Assembly (NCBI GenBank): GCA_963422375.2
Contig: OY729427.2
Coordinates: forward strand, 416,001 to 480,000
Origin: Bryobacterales bacterium
GTDB lineage: Bacteria; Acidobacteriota; Terriglobia; Bryobacterales; UBA6623
DNA length: 64,000 bases
Reading direction: 5' to 3'
Position numbers and translations under genes: made by a program. Positions within the stretch are counted from its first letter, which is position 1, and every line of letters starts with the position of its first letter. The notes beneath the pieces were generated by a model, which saw nothing but the letters and a program-made list of their open reading frames with translations, made no database searches and was not told the DNA's origin. Shown in pieces: positions 54,389 to 64,000 of this stretch.

Positions 54389-55330
54389 TCAGACCACAGG
54401 GCCGCGGTGCTCGCCGAGTTCCCCGGCCCTGCGTCTGCCATCCTCCAGCGCCTCAGTGAGCTCGGCACCCTCGAGAGGCTCGTAGGCCCGGACGGCCGCG
54501 ACCGCCTTGTCGAGCTCGGCCACGGACTTCATGCCCATGATCGCGACCGACAGGCCGGGGATGCCCAGGGCATACCGCACCGAGCGCCCGTAGAACGGCT
54601 CGTCGGACAGGATCGCGCCGTCCCCTTGCGTTCCGCCGAGGATCTTCATGGCCACCAACCCGAGGCCGCGGTCCGCAGCCTCTTTGAATAGCGTGTCCTC
54701 GAAGTTGTAGATGTGGCGGTCAATCGCATTGACGGCCGCCATGACCACTTCGACGCGGCCCGAGCGCAGGACCGGCAGGGCGCGCGCCGGCCGCAAGTGG
54801 CAGGTCATGCCGACGTGCCGAACGAGTCCCTGCTCCTTGAGCGCCTCGAGGCCCGCCAGCGCCCCGTCCTCGCCCAGCAGGATATCGAGGCTCGGGAAGC
54901 GGTCGGTGCGCCCGACGTTGTGGACGTGGACAAGATCGAAGTACTCGGCCCCGGTCTTCTGAAGGCTCTCCCGAACCTGCCAGGTCGCGTCCTGCCGCGA
55001 GGTCGCCTCGACCTTGGTGACCAGCACGAAGCGGTCGCGCCTGCCCTTGAGCGCCGGGCCGAGCCGCCGCTCGGACTGGGCGTAGATCGGCGCCGTGTCG
55101 AGGTAATTCACCCCGTAGTCAGCTGCGGCGGCGATGACGTTGTTGACCTCGGACTGCGAGACTCCGGCGCGCCCGAGCGGGGACGTGCCGATGCCGAGGA
55201 CGCCGACGTCGAGGCCGGTCCTGCCGAGCGGGCGCTTCCCGACTTGCTCCGCCCTGGCCGTCCGTCCGGCGGCCAGGGCTCCGGCGATGGCGGCGGTCTT
55301 GCCGAGGTCCCTTCGGGTGATGCGATCCAT
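54389..55330 (-). CDS. aldo/keto reductase with Tat-like signal
   Basis: TRRDL; RPLGRTG, DTAPIY, LVTK, GLVRHVG, MK; start ATG 55330. Confidence 0.88.
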   Translation of the reverse strand: MDRITRRDLGKTAAIAGALAAGRTARAEQVGKRPLGRTGLDVGVLGIGTSPLGRAGVSQSEVNNVIAAAADYGVNYLDTAPIYAQSERRLGPALKGRRDRFVLVTKVEATSRQDATWQVRESLQKTGAEYFDLVHVHNVGRTDRFPSLDILLGEDGALAGLEALKEQGLVRHVGMTCHLRPARALPVLRSGRVEVVMAAVNAIDRHIYNFEDTLFKEAADRGLGLVAMKILGGTQGDGAILSDEPFYGRSVRYALGIPGLSVAIMGMKSVAELDKAVAAVRAYEPLEGAELTEALEDGRRRAGELGEHRGPVV

Positions 55331-55808
55331 GAGGCGACTCCCCTGACAGTGTACCGACGAGCCCTTGCTGGACGCGAGCGTCCGAAGCGAAGCGGGCGGG
55401 CCGGCGAGGGACCGGACCGCACCTCGCACTTCGATGGAGCAGACTCGGAAATCGTCGGCTCGCGGCATGATCGACGCACGGCCCGCGCGCTCGCGGCAGG
55501 GACGAACGATAGACTCGGGAGCGGGCGGGTCGCTTCGCGAGGCCGGGCCGGCAGGAGGGAGCCTCGTCAGCGACGCTCGGATCGCGGCCATTGCATGGGA
55601 GCGCGACGCCGAGGCTCGTGCTGCCGACCGCGATTCCGCGCGCTGCGCCAATCTCCGCTGCAACCGCGACGGGCCAGCGGCTGTCCGCAGGGAGCCCGCG
55701 ATGCGGCCGGCACCAGGCCCCGCCCGCCGGTTCGGCGAGCGGGGCGGCGCCTCGCCCGCATCGACCTGCCGCGAAGATCTCGCCGGCGCCGGCACTCGTC
55801 GGCGCAAG

Positions 55809-58079
55809 CTAGTCGCCGGCGAACGTCCAGCGCAGGCCGACTCGGAACGTGCGCCCGGGGTCAGCCCGGTAATAGGTCGGGTTGGTCGCTTCGAGATTCG
55901 AGTCCACGGAATCGAACATGTTGTCGACGGCTCCGTAGATCTCGAACCCCTTGCGCAGGCGCTTCGCCAAGTACCAGTCCCACAGCTGGTAGCTGTCGAG
56001 GACCGTCGTGGCGCGAGGCCCGAGGATCGGCCACTTGCCGAGGTAACTTCCGCGGAAGTTGGTGCGGATCCCGCCGAAGCGCTCCGTGGACCACCACACC
56101 CGGAGATTGCCGTGATGCTTGTGACGCTGGCTCAGGAAGCCCCCCGTCTGCTTGTCCCGGGCGTCAAGGTACACGTACCCGCTCGAGACGAGCAGGCCCT
56201 GCGCAAGGCGCAGCCGGGCCTTGCCCTCGAGTCCCGTCGTGTACACGCGGTCGATATTCCGGTACATATAGGTCAGGCGGTTCAGCCCGGGATCGAAGGC
56301 GGACTGGACCCCGTGTTCCTGCAGCAGCGAGCGAAGCTGCTCGGGAGTCCGCGGCCGACCGAGCAGCTCGGTCTGAATCAGGTTCTCGATGTCGTTCCGG
56401 AAGTAGGTCACGCCCATGTTGAGGCGCCCGACGTTGCTGTCGAATCCCACCTGGGAGGTGGTCGACGATTCGGGTTTCAGGCTAGGATTGCCGATGATCT
56501 GATAGAGGCCCGACGTGGTCAGGAAGCGGTAATAGAGCTGTCCCAAGTCCGGAGCGCGGAAGCCCTGCCCTAGCGACGCCCTGAGGCGGAAGCGGTCCGC
56601 CGCCCGGAACATCAGTCCCAGGCGCGGAACCACAGTCGATCCGTACGCCGAGTGGTCGGTAACGCGTCCCCCGACCGTCAGGCTCAGGCGCGGATGCGCC
56701 TGAATGCGGTCCTGGAACCAAGCGTCCGCCATGCGGATCGACTGGCCGCTGTTGTCGCCGAGCAGGCGATTGTGGCCACGGTACTCGTCGTGCGTCCAGT
56801 CCAAGCCGCCTTGCAGCAGCTGCCGCCCGCCGAGCACGTGCGACAGGCTCGCGGCGAAGCGGTAGAGCCGTTCGTTGAGGTTCGCCTTGCCCTCGAATGG
56901 ACCCGGGACCGAGAGCAAGTCGACCGCGGACCTCTCGTCGTACTTGCCGTAGTACCCGCGAACCTGCAAGCTCGTTGCAGCCGAGATTCCGGCGTTCAGC
57001 GTCGCGCCGAAGTTCGAGGCGCTGTCGTCGGTGGTGGTGGACTGCGCGCCAGTGCGTCCCGCGAACACGCTGATCTCGCGGTTGTCGAAGGCGTTGGCCA
57101 GCATGCTCAGCCTCAGCCGCTGGGAGAAGTTCCGGCTGACCTTCGCCAGGTAGTCGTAGCGCCGGAAGCCCGGGCCGGTCGTGTCGAAGTCCTGGGGCGT
57201 CAAGTCGTACGGGTTGCGCTTGTGTCTCTCCGCAGCGAGGAAGCCGGACCAGCCGCCGAGGACGAAGCCGGTGTCGGCGCGCAGGTCGACACCGCCCATA
57301 GAAGCCGCCGAGGCCGTGACATCGGCGTCGAAGCGCCGGCGGGGCTCGCGCGTGATCATGTTGACGACGCCGCCGATGGCGTCGGACCCGTAGAGCGGGG
57401 AGAGCGCCCCCTTGACGACCTCGACCCGTTCCAAGCGGTTCGTCGACTGCCGGTTCAGGTTGAGGATGCCGCTCTTGACGCCACGCGCTCCGACGACCGG
57501 GAAGCCGTCGATCAGCACGAGCGACTGCCGGGAGTCGATTCCGTGGATCTGGATCCCGGCACGGCTTCCGGGCGAGCGGCTGGTCCTGGTCACGATTCCG
57601 GGCTCTTCGGAGAGAATGCCAGCGACGCTCTCGTACCCCGAGTCCCGCAGCTGGCTGCGCGAGACCACCGCGACCATGGCCACCGAGGCCTCCAGCAGTT
57701 CGTCCTCGCGCGACCCGGTCACGACGATGGACTGGGTCAGGGCCGCCGGCGATAGGGTCAGGACGAGCGGGGCCGGCGGCTCGCCGCCCACGCGCACCTC
57801 CGCGGAGGCCGTCGCGAAATCGTTCCGGGCAGCGCTCACGAGGTACGCACCGGACCGCAATTCGAATGCGAACTCGCCTCGGGGTCCGGAGCGGCGCGAG
57901 GTCTCGAGACCCGTCTGCAAGTCTCGAAGGAGCACGGCCGTGCCGACCATGGGCGCGCCCGACTGATCGCGCACCTCGCCTTCAAGTGCGAAGCGGTCGC
58001 GCGCGCTTGCCTGCAGCGCCAGAACCGCGAGCAACGCGGCCAGGCTCAGCGTCCCGGCGACGAGTCTCTTGGCCTGCAT
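55809..58079 (-). CDS. TonB-dependent receptor (haem/iron or cobalamin type)
   Basis: Signal peptide; VVTGSR TonB box region; RVEVVKGALSPLYGSDAIGGVVN; GFRAP and GNPSL; terminal beta-strand WTF. Confidence 0.93.
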   Translation of the reverse strand: MQAKRLVAGTLSLAALLAVLALQASARDRFALEGEVRDQSGAPMVGTAVLLRDLQTGLETSRRSGPRGEFAFELRSGAYLVSAARNDFATASAEVRVGGEPPAPLVLTLSPAALTQSIVVTGSREDELLEASVAMVAVVSRSQLRDSGYESVAGILSEEPGIVTRTSRSPGSRAGIQIHGIDSRQSLVLIDGFPVVGARGVKSGILNLNRQSTNRLERVEVVKGALSPLYGSDAIGGVVNMITREPRRRFDADVTASAASMGGVDLRADTGFVLGGWSGFLAAERHKRNPYDLTPQDFDTTGPGFRRYDYLAKVSRNFSQRLRLSMLANAFDNREISVFAGRTGAQSTTTDDSASNFGATLNAGISAATSLQVRGYYGKYDERSAVDLLSVPGPFEGKANLNERLYRFAASLSHVLGGRQLLQGGLDWTHDEYRGHNRLLGDNSGQSIRMADAWFQDRIQAHPRLSLTVGGRVTDHSAYGSTVVPRLGLMFRAADRFRLRASLGQGFRAPDLGQLYYRFLTTSGLYQIIGNPSLKPESSTTSQVGFDSNVGRLNMGVTYFRNDIENLIQTELLGRPRTPEQLRSLLQEHGVQSAFDPGLNRLTYMYRNIDRVYTTGLEGKARLRLAQGLLVSSGYVYLDARDKQTGGFLSQRHKHHGNLRVWWSTERFGGIRTNFRGSYLGKWPILGPRATTVLDSYQLWDWYLAKRLRKGFEIYGAVDNMFDSVDSNLEATNPTYYRADPGRTFRVGLRWTFAGD

Positions 58080-58082
58080 CGC

Positions 58083-58925
58083 CTAGTCCCCCGCGTGCCG
58101 CGCGACTGGCTGCCCGGGGCGGGCGTCGGCCGAGCCGCCGCCCTGCGGCTCGAGGAGTTCGATCCCGCTCCACTCGATGCGGTAGGTCGTGGGCTGCCCC
58201 CCGTCGATTCGCACCACTTGGCGGGACAGCGGCAAGTACTCCCCGTCGATGCGCTGGAACCTGCTGGTGTAGGCCCAAGCCTCGCGCACCGCGCCCGTGT
58301 CCCTGTCGAGGCGCGCCGCGAAGACGTGGCGCGGCAGGTAGCGCCCGGTCGCGGTCGTCTCGCTCTCGAGGACCGTGATGACGAACCGAGGCCCGGCGAG
58401 CCGCCGGTCCACCTGCACGATCCGACCGTCCCGGATGCGGTAGGCGGACTCGTACTCGTCGTTCAGCAGAACCTTCCGGCCGAGCGGGCTGGAATCCGGC
58501 TTCCCGTAGCGCGCCCGCCGAGGCTCGGTCGGGCTCGCGGGGACGCGGTGCATGAGCATCGAGCGCACCGCGGCGGTCACGTCCGGCAGGTCATCGGTGT
58601 GCTGCAGCGTTACCTGGACGGTTCCCCGCAGCCGGAAGAGGCAGGTTCCGTGAAACTCGCGCCCGTCGAATTGAACGGTCAGCTTGCTGCGAAACCCGGG
58701 AAACGAGTCCGACAGCACCTCACGGTTGCTGCGAGCCTGCCGCAGGAGCTCCGTTGCCGACACTTCGGCAGCGGCCGGGCCCTCCTCGGCAGCCGCGAGG
58801 CGCGGGACCGTCGCGCCGGGTAGGGCTAGAGCCCAGAGAAGGGCGGCGGCGAGAGGGCGTGCCCGGCTCGAGCGGCGGCCGCCCGCCGACACCGCCGGAA
58901 TGGCGCTTGCGCGTCTGAACATCAT
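58083..58925 (-). CDS. secreted protein, DUF3386-like
   Basis: Signal peptide; AR.NR....FPGF, MHR, S.YRIRDG.I.QV.R pattern recalled for DUF3386; co-operonic with the receptor. Confidence 0.6.
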   Translation of the reverse strand: MMFRRASAIPAVSAGGRRSSRARPLAAALLWALALPGATVPRLAAAEEGPAAAEVSATELLRQARSNREVLSDSFPGFRSKLTVQFDGREFHGTCLFRLRGTVQVTLQHTDDLPDVTAAVRSMLMHRVPASPTEPRRARYGKPDSSPLGRKVLLNDEYESAYRIRDGRIVQVDRRLAGPRFVITVLESETTATGRYLPRHVFAARLDRDTGAVREAWAYTSRFQRIDGEYLPLSRQVVRIDGGQPTTYRIEWSGIELLEPQGGGSADARPGQPVARHAGD

Positions 58926-58983
58926 GCAGATCCTCCGTGGGAATCGCGAGAAACAGGACCGTCCCGGCTCCCGGGACGCCCTC

Positions 58984-59015
58984 AGTGTAGCAATAAATGC
59001 AACTGTGTTTCATAT
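58984..59015 (-). promoter_or_regulatory. promoter with overlapping Fur-box-like palindrome
   Basis: Minus strand ATGAAA-N18-TACACT with TG extension; AT-rich dyad ATGCAAC-TGT-GTTTCAT overlaps the -35 and spacer. Confidence 0.5.
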
Positions 59016-59266
59016 ACAAAGGCCTGCGGCCGAAATCCGGCTGTCGTTCGCCACCTCGCATCTTGCTGATTTACAGTGGATTACCTAGGAATCTCCGTCG
59101 ATTCCGGGCGATCCGCTCTCTAGGCCGTCCTCGCAATAATTGCAATAAAGTTACATTTCACCCGCTGCTAGGCCGCTCCCACGGCGGCTCCGGGCGCGCG
59201 GGCCTGGAGGTGGGCCGGCGGCGCCGGTCCGGGCTGACGGGCCGGCGGGCGCAACGCTAGAATGGA

Positions 59267-59872
59267 ATGAGGTCGGTGCCGTCGCTCCCGAATCCTTCCG
59301 AGCCGCTGATGGAGGCCGAGACTCAGGTGCCGCCGGAGCGGCCGCTCCGGTACGGCACGGCGCGCATGGACTGGCGCGCATGGCTGCGCGACTGCGTGCT
59401 CTCGCTCTGCATCGCGGGGTTCGTGATCGTGTTCATCTGCCAGCCCGTCAAGGTCGAGGGCACCAGCATGCTCCCGCAGCTCGCCGACGACCAGCGCATC
59501 TTCGTGAGCAAGGTCGCCTACCGCTTCGACCTGGTCGAGCGCGGCGACGTCATCGTGTTCCGCTTCCCGGGAGATCCTTCCCGGTCGTACATCAAGCGCG
59601 TGATCGGCCTTCCGGGCGAGACGGTCGAAATCCGCTACGGGGAGGTGCTGGTCGACGGACGGGTCCAGCCTGAACCGTACGTGCCGCCGAGGTATCGCGA
59701 CCGCTCGAACCACCCGCCCGTGGCGGTGGGAGAAGGGGCCTACTACGTGCTCGGCGATCACCGCAGCACGTCGAACGACAGCCGGACCTGGGGCACGGTC
59801 GACGGTTCGTTCGTCACGGGAAAGGCTGTCTTCGCCTACTGGCCGCCCGAGCGCTTCGGCGTGGTGCGCTAG
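59267..59872 (+). CDS. lepB: signal peptidase I
   Basis: EGTSMLP, RGDVIVF, YIKRVIGLPG, GDHR..SNDSR; true start may lie further downstream. Confidence 0.93.
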   Translation: MRSVPSLPNPSEPLMEAETQVPPERPLRYGTARMDWRAWLRDCVLSLCIAGFVIVFICQPVKVEGTSMLPQLADDQRIFVSKVAYRFDLVERGDVIVFRFPGDPSRSYIKRVIGLPGETVEIRYGEVLVDGRVQPEPYVPPRYRDRSNHPPVAVGEGAYYVLGDHRSTSNDSRTWGTVDGSFVTGKAVFAYWPPERFGVVR

Positions 59873-59890
59873 GCCGGAGCATCGCCTCGC

Positions 59891-61021
59891 ATGAGCCGGC
59901 CAGCCACTCTCGCGCTCGAGGACGGGCGCTGCTTCCACGGGCGCGCCGCGGGCGCGCGGGCGGAGGTGTCCGGCGAGGTCGTGTTCAACACGGGCCTCAC
60001 GGGCTACCAGGAGATCTTCACCGACCCGTCGTACAGCGGGCAGATCGTCGTCCTGACCTATCCCCACATCGGCAACTACGGCACCAACGCCGACGACAGC
60101 GAGTCGAGCCGACCCTACATCGAGGGTCTGGTGGCGCGTGAGTTCTCGGCGGTAGCGAGCAACTGGCGCTGCTCGCAGGACGCCGCAGAGTTCCTCAAGT
60201 CGCGGGGCATCCCGGTCCTCTCCGGGATCGACACGCGGGCGCTGGTGCGCCACATCCGCAGGCGCGGCTCCCTCCGGGGCGTGCTCTCCTCGCTGGACAC
60301 GGCACCAGGGCAGCTGGTGGAAAAGGCGCGCTCGTCGCCGAGCATGGCCGGACTGAACCTAGCCAGCGGGGTCTCGACCAAGGAGCGCTACACGTGGACG
60401 GATGGCCCTCCCGACTGCCTGCCGTCCGCTCTGCCCGAGGCCCGCCCGGAGGGCTCGCTGCACGTCGTGGCGTACGACTTCGGCATCAAGCGCAACATCC
60501 TGCGCCGGCTGGCGGCCATCGGGGCGCGCGTCACGGTCGTCCCGTGCGACACGCCCGCCGACGACGCGCTGGCGCTGCGGCCCGACGGCGTGTTCGTCTC
60601 GAACGGGCCCGGGGACCCCGAGCCGCTCCGCGGCCCGGCGGCCGAGCTGCGCAAGCTGGCCGGGCGCGTGCCGATGTTCGGGATCTGCCTCGGCCTGCAG
60701 CTGCTGGGGCAGGCGCTGGGAGGGCGGACCTACAAGCTCAAGTTCGGGCACCACGGCTGCAACCACCCCGTCCTGAACACGCAGACCGGGAAGGTCGAAA
60801 TCACCTCGCAAAACCACGGCTTCGCGCTGGATCCCGATTCACTCGACGCGTCCGAGATCGAGCTCACCCACGTCAACCTGAACGACCGCACGGTCGAGGG
60901 CATTCGCAGCCGCAAGGACCCGCTCTTCTGCGTGCAGTACCACCCGGAGGCCGCGCCCGGCCCGCACGACTCGCGGTACCTGTTCGACGATTTCCGGAGA
61001 CTGATGCTAGCGGCGGCCTAG
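59891..61021 (+). CDS. carA: carbamoyl-phosphate synthase small subunit
   Basis: GEVVFNT, SNGPGDP, GICLG, QYHPE. Confidence 0.97.
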   Translation: MSRPATLALEDGRCFHGRAAGARAEVSGEVVFNTGLTGYQEIFTDPSYSGQIVVLTYPHIGNYGTNADDSESSRPYIEGLVAREFSAVASNWRCSQDAAEFLKSRGIPVLSGIDTRALVRHIRRRGSLRGVLSSLDTAPGQLVEKARSSPSMAGLNLASGVSTKERYTWTDGPPDCLPSALPEARPEGSLHVVAYDFGIKRNILRRLAAIGARVTVVPCDTPADDALALRPDGVFVSNGPGDPEPLRGPAAELRKLAGRVPMFGICLGLQLLGQALGGRTYKLKFGHHGCNHPVLNTQTGKVEITSQNHGFALDPDSLDASEIELTHVNLNDRTVEGIRSRKDPLFCVQYHPEAAPGPHDSRYLFDDFRRLMLAAA

Positions 61022-61054
61022 CCGCCCGGCCCGCTAGCGCCCCGCGACCCGGCC

Positions 61055-64000
<2,946 letters not shown>

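Overview
High-GC bacterial chromosome segment. Gene content and order (argH-argR, bamD-rpe, holA/rpsT, miaB-DUF151, lepB-carA-carB) suggest Acidobacteriota; this is inference and not verified. Housekeeping blocks at 1-5390 and about 27990-64000 flank an IS-riddled accessory region at about 5400-27400. That region holds an apparently intact type I-G (I-U) CRISPR interference operon (cas3-cas8g-cas7-csb2), only a relic of cas4/cas1, no recognisable CRISPR array, and nested IS30, IS1595, IS630, ISNCY-like elements and a MITE. The most notable unexplained signal is a roughly 310-350 nt non-coding segment just inside the right end of two diverged IS1595-family elements (6847-7152 and 18811-19156). 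It shows compensatory base-pair changes between the copies and is a candidate transposon-encoded structured RNA. Also of note: a doubly membrane-anchored CobN-like (HmuS/BtuS-like) protein near a putatively Fur-controlled TonB-dependent receptor, a decayed AbiEii-pentapeptide toxin-antitoxin pair, a TnpB relic and tRNA-Gly(CCC). All calls come from reading the sequence; no searches were run.
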